DNA of 64,000 nt from Malacoraja senta (GCA_038087875.1 CM075977.1:193440001-193504000); one strand, 5' to 3'. Shown: positions 51,900 to 64,000, counted from the stretch's first letter. Numbers and translations: made by a program. Notes: generated by a model from the sequence alone, not told the origin.

Positions 51900-52109
51900 A
51901 GATAGACCCAAAATGCTGGAGTAACTCAGCCCGACAGGCAGCATCTCTGGATGGAAGGAATGGGTGACGTTTCGGGTCAAGACCCTTCTTCAGACCATCT
52001 TCAAACGTCACCCATTCCTTCTATCCAGAAATGTTGCTTGTCCTGTTGAGTTACTCCAGCCTTTTGTGTCCTTCTTCGATGTAAACCAGCATCTGCAGTT
52101 CCTTCCGAC
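51900..52109. mobile_element. Fold-back Penelope-like short element with hammerhead motif, 16-bp TSD
   Basis: Inverted arms (agatagacccaaaatgctggagtaactca...tgagttactccagccttttgtgtcc). TSD ACAAGTTATATATGCA at 51884-51899 and 52110-52125. Confidence 0.8.
51963..51996 (-). ncRNA. Minimal type I hammerhead ribozyme motif
   Basis: Minus strand reads GGU-CUGAAGA-A-GGGUCUUGACCC-GAAA-CG-UC^-ACC: intact core, stem II, 3-bp stem I and palindromic ACGU helix III. Confidence 0.7.
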
Positions 52110-52505
52110 ACAAGTTATATATGCACCTGGCTTTGTGTCATCAGCAAATCTGGAAACATTACAACTGATCAATACTAAATACCAAGTGTACTGCAGGACA
52201 CAATCCCTCTCAAAACCATTCTCTCAAAACCTTGCCTATCCATGTTGTCCAGGGTCACTGCCTGATTCATTGAGTTACATCTGCATTTTATGTATATCTT
52301 GGGCATAAACCAACATTTGCAGTTCCTTGTAATAACAAGGAACTGCAGATGCTGGTTTACTAAAAAAGCCACAATGTTCCGGGCACTGTGTCCATTTTCT
52401 TGACGTTGGTCTGCAGCCTTCTATGCCTTGTTGATTATTGTACTCATCAACATATTGTTAAGTTCTGTGAGAGTCTGCCTCCAGCCACCCCTCATTAGTA
52501 AGTTA

Positions 52506-53020
52506 AGGGCCTGTCCTACGAGCATGCAACTGCATGCGGCTAGCGCGACCTAACGTGGTCGCTTGAGCCGTACGGCCTCGCGGGGCCGGTCCCACTTCGA
52601 TCGCCGGAGCCGTATGGAGTTGTGCGGAGCTGGTCCCGACATTGCGCGGGGCTCCGAAAAACTGACATTGTTCAAAAATTCCGCGCGCAACGGCCTGCCG
52701 GCCCACAGCTGCCTCGACGCCGTACGCACCGCCTCGACGGGCGTGCGCAGCGTCTCGACGCCGTACGCAGCATCTCGACGCCGTATGCAGCGTCTTGACG
52801 CCGTACGTCACGCGCAAACTTCCCGTGGACTTCGCTCAAACTTCACGTCACTCACTCGACCTCCGCGCGGCCCCCGCTTCCGGTTTGGTCGCGCTCGCCG
52901 CATGCAGTCGCATGCTGGTGGGACCGCCCCTGTACGGGGATCACTCAACCTCCGCGCGGCCCCCGCTTCCGGTTTGGTCGTGCTTGCCGCATGCAATCGC
53001 ATGCTCGTGGGACAGGCCCT
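52506..53020. mobile_element. PIF/Harbinger-type MITE, CpG-rich
   Basis: TIRs AGGGCCTGTCCTACGAGCATGC / GCATGCTCGTGGGACAGGCCCT; TTA TSD at 52503 and 53021. Confidence 0.88.
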
Positions 53021-56000
53021 TTACACTCCAAGTTACAGCTAGGGAACTGATGGGATTTGTCTGCCCACGTTAACAAATATAGAAAGAGATCCAATGGGAG
53101 TGTGAGCTGGGGGTTCTATCGGCACAAGACATTTTCTTTGCCTCTAAATTGATTTGCTGGGGATACATTGTAGCTGTGCGATGACCTTTGAATGAAATGT
53201 TTCTGGAAGTGCTTCTGACAATCCCCAAGCCAAGAACCTTTTTTGACACACTGATGAAAACCTAGTAATATTCCCATAAACTCTGACCCAAATGTTGAGA
53301 AAATAGATGTGCTCTGGCCCTCAATAACAAAGAGGGTGTTCTGACAACACACTGAAGAACTGTGACCCGTCCCTTCACCTTTATTTTTATACCTTATAAA
53401 TCGCACTTAGGAAAACATATTGGGTGAATCTTCTATTGGCTCCACTGGTATCCAGCTCATGTTTGTAATTATATGATGATTTACATTCTTCAGCCTTGTT
53501 TCCAGTTAAGTAATGGTTTTGATTTAGCTGATCACATTTAACAGATGCTCAAAAACCATGTCAGAATAAAACAGTGACTTTTTAATTTGACCTTTGTTAA
53601 AATGGCAGACCTCACAAGCCTGACAGACCTGTCAAATATTTGTAATAGGCCTTCTTTCAAAATATTTTATTCACTTATTGCTATTCAAAATTATCTTGGA
53701 GTGTGTTGGTGTTCTGGGGAAAGATTCCCTCTGTGTGTAGTGTCCAAAACAAAAAATCATACGCAAAATTGGAAAGAATACTTTGATAATGTTGTTATGT
53801 GCAGAGCACAAAGGAGATTTTCCCCCTTGCATTAACTATGCCAATCAGAAAAGGACAGGTGTAAGGCATCTTTGAAACAAAATATTTTTTACAGTTTAAG
53901 AAAAGATCTGCAGTAGTTTAACAATATAAATACAGATTTGTCTTTCAAAAAAAATCTGCTCAATGTACATTGTCAGCTTCAAAGTAGAAATGATTCTTGA
54001 AAGGAGAGATTATAAAGGGACTAAGACCTTATATCGACTCAAAGGCACAATTATAGTTCAAATCTTGTTTTGTGTTCATTTAACCCAAATGATCTTTTCT
54101 CTTTTTCACAAGCTTATCCCAAACTGCCCACAATACAGAGGGCAATAAATCTTTGTCAAGAAATCACTTTGTGGGGTGAATAACCAGCATTGATGCCGGT
54201 TCCCTACAAAAACTCATTTCTGGTAACGTGAGATCAGCTGGGGATGGTCATGTCAACTTATCAGACTTTTTACTCTCCAGTATTGATCCTGTTGTACACC
54301 AGTGTAAGTCATATTGCTGGCTAATGCTATTGACTAACTATCAGTCTTCCTCCAGAAGTGTAGAGGTTTGCAGCTCTTTCTAAACCACAGAAACCCATCA
54401 ATGGACATTGATGGAAAGGCTACAAAGGTGCAAGCACAGCACTGAGTACATCTCTCGTCGAAGATGTTAAAAACAGATTTGGCCATATGGCCCTATTTGT
54501 TCTTTTTCACAGTGTGCCTGACAGATGTGGGATAGAGTCATTGGGTAAATCTTCCTTATTAAAAATTATCTGTGGTCAGTGATTGGTGATTGGTTAATTT
54601 CCATTCCAATTAACTCTGCAGCTGGATAATGTCACATTACTGGAGTTATTAACCAGTGCTTTGAGAACAAAAGACCAGCACAATGCCATTCAACCCGTTA
54701 AACTCATTCCACACTTCAATAAGATCCTATTATCTGATCGTAAAAAGAAAGAATAACATAAATTTATTTTGTTGTGGATGTTGAATAATTAATTAATCTA
54801 GGATCTATGGTTTCTAATGTGAGTAAATTCCGTCTGTTGTGAGGGAAGGTGGTCCTGTTCCAGTGTGATCCAGCGCTGATGTTTGACATGTTTCTTTGTT
54901 CAAGTCTCCACTGCCAGTGTGAGTTATTTCTACCTATAACCCCATCAATTCCATTCAAGCCATCCCTTATTTTTTTTCATTTTCCTATGAATGCAGTTTC
55001 ATAACCTCTTCTCACATTCTACCGAATGAGTTTTGATAGCTTCCAATTGTCTCAGTATCCTCCATTACTTAAGCAAATTCAGTTATGGTGCAGCCAATGC
55101 ATTAGGAAGTAACCATGAGTTAATTTCAGATTGAACACGCGCAAACCAAGGAATCACCCAATTCATTTGTAAGGTCATTTTAAATCTATACCATAATTAA
55201 TTAAATATATATATTTGTTCATATAACTGTTCAAAGTAATGAAGGGTCCAGGGAACCTAAGCAGGTGAGATGGTGAGATATCCCTTTACTGTATGGTGTT
55301 GTTGCTGTCTGACTTGAATGTAGTTGTGACTTGCAGCCTCATTAGGTTGACAACTCGCTCTTTGCTATGAATGATGCTGCTTCCAGTCTGCTGGTCTACA
55401 TTCCTCATTGAGTTGGGGTTGATCATTTGGCTTGATGGTACTGGCAGAGTGTGGGATATGCCAGGCCATGAGGTTTACAGACATGATGTCGTACATTTCT
55501 GCTGCTGCTGGCACTGCTGCTCCACAGTGCCTCCTAGGTGCTTAATTTTGAGCTGCCAGATTTGTTCAGGGTCTATCCACATTTGTAATGCCACATAACC
55601 CAGCAGATGCTGTCTGTGGTGTGCAAGCAGGTTGTTATATCTGTAAGGATAGTGCATTGGTCACTTCTACCAATGCAGTCATAGATAGCTGCATCTGCCA
55701 CAGGTGGATTCGTGAGGATGTCGCAGAGTTGTGGAATGACAAAGTAACGGAGTCACGCAGCACAGATTCTTCTTAAATATTGTGAGCGTACATGCTGTGG
55801 CATTAGGGTTAATGCTGACACACTCATGGTAGGGTTAACTCACGTGCTAAAGTGTATTTATAGTGAAGGATGATAGTGACGAGCAGTTCCATGTCTGCAT
55901 GGGGATGCCCCTTGTTGTATGTGAGCAAGTGAGGCGATGCTGCCGATCTCGGGCTTGTCCCGGCAGCTCAGTCTTGATTGATTGATTGATACTTTATTAA

Positions 56001-56232
56001 GACATGTGACAGGTCACAGTGAAATTCGTTGTTTTGCGTACCACACACAAAATATGCAAAGAGTCGCCACGTATTTGTCTTTTCAAAAAAATTTGAAATA
56101 AATTAGTTAAATTCCGGTGCATGTTTCAATAATATCTTTGACTTAATTCAACGTTGATCTTTGATGAGCCTTTACACGGGAATACGAACAAAGAGGCCAT
56201 CCATCTCTTGAACTGATTCCCTCATTCAGTGA

Positions 56233-56422
56233 AGATAGACACAAAAAACTGGTGACTCAGCGGGTCAAACAGCATCTCTGGAGAAAAGGAATAGATGACG
56301 TTTAGGGTCAAGATCGTTCTTCAGACTGAAGAAGGGTCTCGAACCGAAACGTCACCTATTGCTTTTCTCCAGAGATGCTGTTTGACCCGTTGAGTTATTC
56401 CAGCTTTTTGTGACTACCCTTG
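56233..56422. mobile_element. Complete fold-back element with back-to-back hammerhead motifs, 8-bp TSD
   Basis: ~90-bp inverted arms centred on ttcttcagactgaagaa. The + strand has CTGAAGA (56326) ... GAAACGTC (56346-56353). TSD TTCAGTGA at 56225-56232 and 56423-56430. Confidence 0.8.
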
Positions 56423-57720
56423 TTCAGTGAGATCATTTCCGATTTGTATTTTTCCATAAATCGTAATCCTCTTGCCCAATAGGTATCTACCACTTTCAAT
56501 TTTGGCATTTTGACTGTCAGTAGCAATTTTTGTCAGGGCATGGCAAAAGACTTCCATCTCTTGAAAGTTGCTCCTTTGGCACTTCCTGGAGGGATTTATC
56601 ATATGTGATGTTGCAAGGTAATATTAGCATTAGTCGGCAAAAGATTTTTTAGTCAGGTTTTAATGTGCAACTTAAAGGAGTGAAGAAAAAGGAGGGAAAT
56701 CCAGAGTTTAGAGCTTGGCTGCCAGGGGGGACCAATTAATTCTGCAGATGTAGAAGAGGCAAGATATAGAGATGAACAGAAACTTGGAGCATCATCAGAC
56801 CAGAGGAGGTTGTCGAAATAGATACCATCTAAACTCTTGGCAAAGGTTTGTGTATTTGAGTAATTGGGACATATTGTGGATTAACCATCGGATGCAACTT
56901 TGAAGTAAGGCTGCATTATTGAAGGTTTGACTCATCAGCGGTGCAATGTAATCAGAGTCTTGTCTACCTGTACCGCTGGTTCAAATGGATGTTGCAGATA
57001 CATTGGCACAGGTTCAAAAACCAAGACACCATTCTGCCTTCGTGTACACTACCTGCAAACAGATGGGTTGGGTACTTATCTCACTCAGTTATTATCTACC
57101 TTATTTGTATCCATAACAACAACTGCTGCCCAGAAGCCATCAAACGTGATTGGAATTTAATGAATATGTGGATCATTATTCCTATCTCAATGATGATGAA
57201 GGTCGTTGCTAAAAATCTCAGTGCTCTCTCAAAAACTGACAGGTCTGCTCAAGAAATGCATCCTGAGTTAGCAAGTATCTGTAAAGACAGACTATGAGTC
57301 AAGTTCCTGTCGCAATGGTTAGTGAGATCAAACAGCATCTCTCCTCCATACCTGAGAACTGCATTGCTTGGCAGGAGCTGAAGGCTTCTTCCATTCACCA
57401 AGCTCGGTTTAATATGCTATGTGTTGTGATCTTTGCTCTGCTTACAGGCAAATTACATCCTCCAGAAACTCCTATAATTAGATTTTCCGCAAAGAGTTGA
57501 TTTGAGGAACGGCTGAACTGAAACAGAACCAAGAAATATTAGATTTTCCACATTTCCGCAGCTTATCATCAGGACGTTAGTGCTTGAGGCTGAAGGAAGT
57601 GGAGTCTCCGTGCAGGCTATGGAATGCAGACCTGCAACATCACACGGTGTTACTGGTACTGCTGTCAGGACCAGCACAAGGTGATCATATATTGGTGGGG
57701 GGGAAAAAGAAGACAACAGG

Positions 57721-58572
57721 AATTGAATTGAATTGAATTGAATTAGACTTTATTAATCCCCTTATTCAGGGGAAATTCAGATGTCCTTGCAGCACACTAA
57801 TAAAATACAACATAGTATTAAAAAGAAGTTCAACACCAAAACATCCACAGTGGTTCCCACTGTGGGGGAAGGCACAAAGTCCAGTCCCCATCCTCTTGTC
57901 CAGCCAGAGTCGGGCCCACTGAGGCCTCCACAGTCGCCGCCACGGCGCCCGATGTTCTCACCGGGTGATGGTACTCCGGCATCGGGAGAACCCCCAGCGG
58001 CTTGGGGTACCAGGAACGACCACCTTCCCACCGAAGACCGCGGCTTCCAAGCCAACAGACCGCGCCGGACGGAGCTCCACACACTGGCAATCTCAGCAAG
58101 AGATCCCAGGCTCCGGGATGTACCATTCAGCGTCGCAGCTGGGCCGCTCCACAGAACCGCTGCTCCACGATATTCTCATCGGCGGTCCCAGCATACTGGA
58201 GTTCCAGCGCGGCGACCCAGGAAAGGCATCGCCCGCTCCACGACAGCGCTCCAGCGCTGCACCGCCGGCAAAGCCGATGTTCTGCGCCGCCGTCAAAGCC
58301 GATGTTCTGGCCAGGTCCCCTCAGGGAAACGTCTCTCCAGGACCCGCTGGTAGGCCGCAAGGACAGGTCGAAGGCGCTGCTCGGAGGAAGGCAACCCCTC
58401 CGACCAGGTAGGGACTCGAAAAGCAGTTTCCCCCTTCCCCCCCACCACCCCCCACACATAAAAAGATTAGGCCCCCCTGACTACACACTCAACGTACTAA
58501 AAATAATAAAAAAGAAGGGAAAAAAACGGACAGCTGCAGGACAGGCAGCCGTTCTGGACAGCGCCTCCTCCG
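57721..58572 (-). mobile_element. GC/CpG-rich non-coding retroposon with AATAAA + (CAATT)n tail
   Basis: The minus strand ends aataaagtctaattcaattcaattc. There is a sharp GC step relative to the flanks and no recognisable protein. Confidence 0.6.
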
Positions 58573-59565
58573 AAAAGAGGAGGAGCTTTTCTTCCTCTTA
58601 CAGTAAGACTAAAGCTCTGTGCTTGTAGACGAAGAGACCCATTGAACAGGTTGTAAAATGATTACCTACCATGACAAGATAAATGCACCATGTTTTAAAT
58701 AATAAAGGACTATTCCATATTTTTGATGTTGTGTTTTTGCACTAATAATGAGGATCAATTCACTGACAAGAATGGCACGTCAGATTGCATCTTCATGACT
58801 TTTGATCATCATACTCTATGGATTCAACATGGCCCGGAATTTGATGATGCCTATATTTGGCCATGCAGTCATATGTCAAGCATTTTGGATTAATCTTGCA
58901 TTTCCATCAATAATTATTTATCATGGTCATCCCAATCACTGATTTACTGGATCCACTGACACCCCTGATATTTGTCCTTAAAAAATAATTTGGCTAACAA
59001 GATTAGGGAGACAAAGCCATTATTGCCAGCACTTATAACTGACAATGAAAAGATTAGTGGATGAACGCGATAGACAGAAAATATAATAGCAACTATTGGG
59101 TATTAAATTTACAGCAGATATTAATCAAATTAACACAAATTAGTAAAAACTGAATACACAGACAATAAGCAGCATTAGACAAAGACTTTAATGTCTATCC
59201 TACAATATTTCCAAAATATTTATCAACTAATCCCTATGAGCTAAGTACAGGTAAGTAGAATCAATTGCCTCAATCCTCGGGCAGAATGGTGCAGGTTAGC
59301 TGAAGCTTTCTTGGAACTTTCTGCTCCTGGGGAAATTTGCATTCTGCATTCTCATCTCCATTTGAACTCTTTGGCTAAAATCTTAGAATTACTGAATGAC
59401 TTCAACACTGCGGAAGTGACTGCCTCTGTGCAAGAACAATCCCTCCCTTCCTGCTCCCTGTCCTCTTCATGCAGTCTGAACATTATTTCCTGTCACTTAA
59501 TTATCCAGTGGCTTTTTAAATGCGACCATTGAATCCCCATGACATACCCCACTCCTTTCTTGCGC

Positions 59566-59890
59566 TGTGGCACAGCTGTTGTTGTAGTTGCAGCAGTAGT
59601 TGCTGCTTTACAGCGCCAGAGACCCGGGTTCCATCCTGGACTACAAATGCTGTCTGTACTGAGTTTGTACGTTCTCCCCTGTGACTTTGTGGGTTTTGTC
59701 CGGGTGCTCCAGTTTCCTCCCACACTCCAAAGACGTACAGGTTTGTAGCTTAATTGGCTTCAGTAAAAAATTGGAAATTGTCCCTAGTGTGTAGTGTGTG
59801 CCACTGTAATGTGAATCGCTGGTTGGCGTGGACTCTGTGGGCCGAGGAGCCTGTTTCCATACTGTATCTCTAAACTAACTTAAACTAAAC
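59566..59890 (+). mobile_element. V-SINE
   Basis: cagcgccagagacccgggttc...tttcctcccacactccaaagac...(TAAAC)n. Confidence 0.85.
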
Positions 59891-60238
59891 ATTCCTTCTG
59901 ATTATAACCCCTTATCTTGAGGGCATAGCTTTTAGGTAAGAGGGGCAAAGTTTAAAAGATATGCAGGGCAAGATTTTTACAAAGAGTGGTGGGTAGCCTG
60001 GAATGTGATGTTGGAGGTTACTTTTGGATTGGCACATGGATGTTCAGAGAATGATTCAATGCAATGATTCAATTACACTTTATTATCACATGTACCTCGG
60101 TACAGTGAAATGTTTTATTTTCCACACAACCGGGTAAAATCATACAGCAGATCTCACCTAGGCAGCACACAAAGAAGAGGTGAGGAGGGAGGGATAGGGG
60201 AGGAGGGATAGGGGAGGGAGGGAGGGGAGGTGAGGAGG

Positions 60239-60386
60239 NNNNNNNNNNNNNNNNNNNNNNNNNNNNNNNNNNNNNNNNNNNNNNNNNNNNNNNNNNNNNN
60301 NNNNNNNNNNNNNNNNNNNNNNNNNNNNNNNNNNNNNNNNNNNNNNNNNNNNNNNNNNNNNNNNNNNNNNNNNNNNNNNNNNNNNN
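60239..60386. other. Assembly gap
   Basis: N run. Confidence 1.
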
Positions 60387-60566
60387 GTTTGGAACCGGGG
60401 ATTCCCCCCTACATCGGCCCCTGCTCCCTACATCACCGCCGCCTTCTCTTCCTCCTACAGCTACAGCTACAATGTTGGCCGCAACAACAGCCATGTGAAC
60501 CGGTGAAGAAGGGGTTGCTGGTGCGGACCAGCGCCATCGCCATCGCCATCTAGTATTAAAGTGAAA

Positions 60567-60688
60567 TGACACAAAGTGCTGGAGTAACTCAGCCGACTGA
60601 ATCAGTCTGTGGAACGGTCTCGATGTCACCTATCTATGTTCTCCAGAGATCCTGACCCACTGAATTACTCCAGTACTTTGTGTCCTTT
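60567..60688. mobile_element. Internally deleted fold-back family copy
   Basis: gacacaaagtgctggagtaactcag / ctgaattactccagtactttgtgtc. Confidence 0.65.
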
Positions 60689-60996
60689 CAGTAGGTGAAG
60701 AAGGGCTCGATGGTGCACTTTACGAATCGGGTGTGGGGTCGGAACGGCCTTGGGGACCATGCGAGCCCGGGATGGGTCGGCTGCTCATTCCATTCACATT
60801 CAGTTTACATTTTATATTTGTTTTATTTGAGTTTCTGGCTCTCCATGGTGCTTTAGACACACATTAGGTGGCCAGGGGTGTAAAGTTGTTTCATTATCAC
60901 GTGACCTCTGTTGGCCCGGAAAAATGGATAATCCCGAAAGGCTCTGGAACCGAGGGTGCTGGGAAATCAGTGTTCAACCTGTAGTTGCCTTTCAGT

Positions 60997-61486
60997 CCCT
61001 GCACCACTGCTACACGACCATCAAGGACGCCTATCGCTTTTTCCCTCGCCCTCACTTCGGGAAATCCGACCATTCAGCGGTGCTGCTTCTTCCTGCCTAC
61101 AGGCAGCAGTTGAAAAGGCACCCCCAGACGGGGGAGGCAGAGGAACAGCTCCAGGACTGCTTGGAGTCTGTGGACTGGGCAATGTTCAAGGACTCGGCAA
61201 CAGACCTGAACGAATACGCCACAGTCGTTACAGTCTTCATAAGGAAATGTGTGGAGGACTGCATCCCAACAAAAACCTTCCGAGTGTTTCCTAACCAGAA
61301 GCCTTGGATGAGCCATGAGGTCCGCATTCTTCTGAAGATCAGATCCCGGGTATTCAGGTCTGGCGATGCAGAGGTCTACAAGAAGTCCAGATATGACCTT
61401 GGTAAGGCCATCAAAAAGGCCAAAGGGGACTTCTGCTCCAAGCTGGAGGATGAGACGGATGTTCGGCAACTGTGGCAGGGCTTGAA
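60997..61486 (+). mobile_element. Rex1/Babar-like LINE fragment (endonuclease end and linker)
   Basis: LHHCYTTIKDAY..PHFGKSDH..LQDCLESVDWAMF..FPNQKPWM. Confidence 0.8.
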
Positions 61487-61721
61487 TAATAATAATAATA
61501 ATAATAATCATTTTATTTACTGGCGCCTTTCTAAAACCCAAGGACACCTTACAATGCATAGAATCACAAAAAAAAATACAAAACACATAATCGGAATAAA
61601 TTAAATATAAAAACACCACAGTACACAAATCAAGGACAGAATTCAATTTCAAGAGCACCAAAGAAAATAAGAAACAATTTGAGAGAGAGCAGCGGCGACC
61701 AATTCGCGCCAGCGTCCACTC
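61486..61721 (-). mobile_element. L2-type LINE 3' end with (ATT)n tail
   Basis: Reverse complement reads tgtaaggtgtccttgggttttagaaaggcgccagtaaataaaatg(ATT)n; runs into a gap. Confidence 0.7.
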
Positions 61722-61921
61722 NNNNNNNNNNNNNNNNNNNNNNNNNNNNNNNNNNNNNNNNNNNNNNNNNNNNNNNNNNNNNNNNNNNNNNNNNNNNNNN
61801 NNNNNNNNNNNNNNNNNNNNNNNNNNNNNNNNNNNNNNNNNNNNNNNNNNNNNNNNNNNNNNNNNNNNNNNNNNNNNNNNNNNNNNNNNNNNNNNNNNNN
61901 NNNNNNNNNNNNNNNNNNNNN
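61722..61921. other. Assembly gap
   Basis: N run. Confidence 1.
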
Positions 61922-63461
61922 CAATACTCTGACCAATGAAAGGTCAATGTTTCTTCTTGAACACCATATCTACTTGTGATGCTACTTTCAAGGAACTATG
62001 TATCTGCACTCCTAGATCTCTCTGCTCTACAACACTCCCCAGAGCCTCTGCCATTCACTGTGTAAAGTATTGAATGACGTTAGGGGTTGTGGGAGAATGC
62101 ACTATGGTGTTTCTAGTTTTAACTTCTGTATGATTGGATAATTTTAAATGCTAGGTCAGGCAGTTCTAAATGTCATTAGATAATGAATCAGAAAAATGTT
62201 GGTCTCCTCCCTCTTATTCCTTGAGCTAACTAAGGCTCTCCCTTATATTCGTTTCAGTTGATATGAACAACAATGATTCAACTACATTTTATATTGTTGA
62301 GACACAGTTTTTCATGTTCACAATGACATTTTCCGCATTAATAATGCAGAGGACATAATGTCTGTGTCAGATTATGTGCTTCGGCTGAAAATGAATTCAC
62401 AACTTGAGCCAATTAACCCAATGAATTGGCCAATCGCTGTTCCTCGGATTGAGGACAGATCCTTAAATCATCTGGAAATGCTTCCAGAAATCAATACCCC
62501 AACCAGTTCCCCTAATCTGTAACATTCTCTCCATCTGGTCACAATTTGGTGAATATCCTCCCACTCAATACTGGACTGCAAATGGCTGTGGAGCTCTCCG
62601 CAAATTCTGTCTGCACACTTGAGGAACTCATTCATCAGCAGTAAGAATGCACACTCAGCTCTTTCATTGGATTCCATAAAAATTCATTGGATGCACACAG
62701 GGAAATATAGTGAGAGTGTTACCACTAAGTGACAGTCCCAGGTTCTTCAGCCACTAATAATTGAAAAGCCCTGTGAATTTCTCTTTTAGCATTCTGTTAA
62801 AAATGTTACAGTAAATTGGATTCTAAAATTATTGCAGGGCTGGCGGATTACAATTCTCAGTTACTTTATAGTATTGTAGAGCATGCATATATTCAAGGCA
62901 TATCAAACAATGTCTGCAGCATCATGCAAAAGAATAGGCCCCACACTAATGTGCAAAGGAAAGTGTCTCCTTTGCCCATTCCTCGACAAGAGACAAGCAA
63001 TAGATCATAGGATGGGGAGGGTGTTATGAAGAGATGATGAATTACCGGAGTCTGGGAGGATCAGGCCTAGGGTTAGATATCACCAGGGAGAGGGGCGTGA
63101 GGGTTGGACAGGTCAGTCAATCCATCAGTTTGTGTTGCTGGTGGACTTGGTCAGATACTTGGTCAGATGGAGCCTTAAACCTTCAGACACACTATCACAC
63201 TGATAATTGGGTTGGAAGCAAGCCGTGAGCTAAAAGGTAACAGTACTAGGTGTGTGGAAGTGAGCATCAGACAAAATAGTTACCATCTGTAAAAGGTTCA
63301 ATGCATCGGTCACCTTGTGAGTGGGTCAGGTAAGCTTCGTCCCTTTATAAAGATTCAGGTTCAGGGAGAGCTTCTTCACAGCATCTAAGAAGTTCTTGAA
63401 TACTGCACAACATGAACCACAACTCTACTTCGGCAACTATGATCTACTATGGACTTCGTTT

Positions 63462-63806
63462 TTGGTTTAGTTTGGAGAACCAGCATGGAAACAGCCCCTT
63501 CAGCCCACCACATTCAGACCGACCATCGATCACCTGTTCATACTAGATCTATGTTATCTTATTTTCGCATCCACTCCCTACACACTAGGGATAATTTATA
63601 GAGGCCGATTATTTATTACCTACAAACAATTACCTGCAAACCCACATGTAGGTATTTGGGATGTGGGAGAAAACTGGAGCACCTGGAGGAAAGCCACAGG
63701 ATACATTGAGAATCGGCAAAGTCCATGCAGACAGCACCCAAGGACAGGATGAACCTGGATCTCTGGCGCTATGAGGCAGCGGCTCTACCAGTTGCACCAC
63801 TGTACC
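63462..63806 (-). mobile_element. V-SINE
   Basis: gtttagttt tail, tgggatgtgggagaaaactggagcacc, gaggcagcggctctacca. Confidence 0.8.
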
Positions 63807-63845
63807 GTTCCAATTGTTCTATGGACTTAGGTTTTCTCTATTATG

Positions 63846-64000
63846 GTTCATAAGGTATAGGAGTAGAATTAGGCCATTTGGCCCATCAAGTCTACTCCAC
63901 CATTCAATCATGGCTAATCTATCTTTCCCTCTCAACCCCACTCTCCTGCCTTCTCCCCGTAACCTTTGATACCCTTACTAATCAAAAACCTGTTAATCTC
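63846..64000 (-). mobile_element. CR1 3' end (runs off the window)
   Basis: taggccatttggcccatcaagtctactccaccattcaatcatggct. Confidence 0.75.

Noticed and set aside
57781-58628. Overlapping 100-200-aa ORFs
   Set aside because: A by-product of high GC content in a repeat, with no domain similarity. The same applies to the ORFs at 31043-31583 and 52503-53073.
60175-60386. Purine tract as a functional triplex/G4 element
   Set aside because: It runs into an N-gap (as at 13666-13886), so the sequence is incomplete and likely reflects GA-rich sequencing dropout.

Overview
Vertebrate genomic DNA, most likely a cartilaginous fish (skate/ray-like; inferred from the CR1/V-SINE repeat landscape). The only host gene supported is basonuclin-2 (bnc2, + strand). 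Its terminal coding exon is at 31886-32543, the preceding intron fills the whole left part of the window (>31.8 kb), and a probable ~7.6 kb 3' UTR ends near 40190. The rest is mostly repeats: many decayed and a few young CR1 LINEs, V-SINEs, hAT and PIF/Harbinger MITEs, Rex1/L2/Tx1 fragments, and three N-gaps. Most notable are two small ribozyme-bearing retroelement families. One is a ~145-bp Vingi/Ingi-like SINE whose 5' end folds as a minimal HDV-like ribozyme (42410-42463), with the catalytic C changed to U in this copy. The other is a multi-copy fold-back element with back-to-back Penelope-type minimal hammerhead ribozymes and variable-length target-site duplications. Also notable: a CR1 copy nested in inverted orientation inside its own family member, a teleost-like SINE with a 27-bp TSD, a candidate frame-preserving bnc2 microexon, and long intronic hairpins. 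Family names come from motif recognition, not database searches. Boundaries of decayed repeats are approximate.
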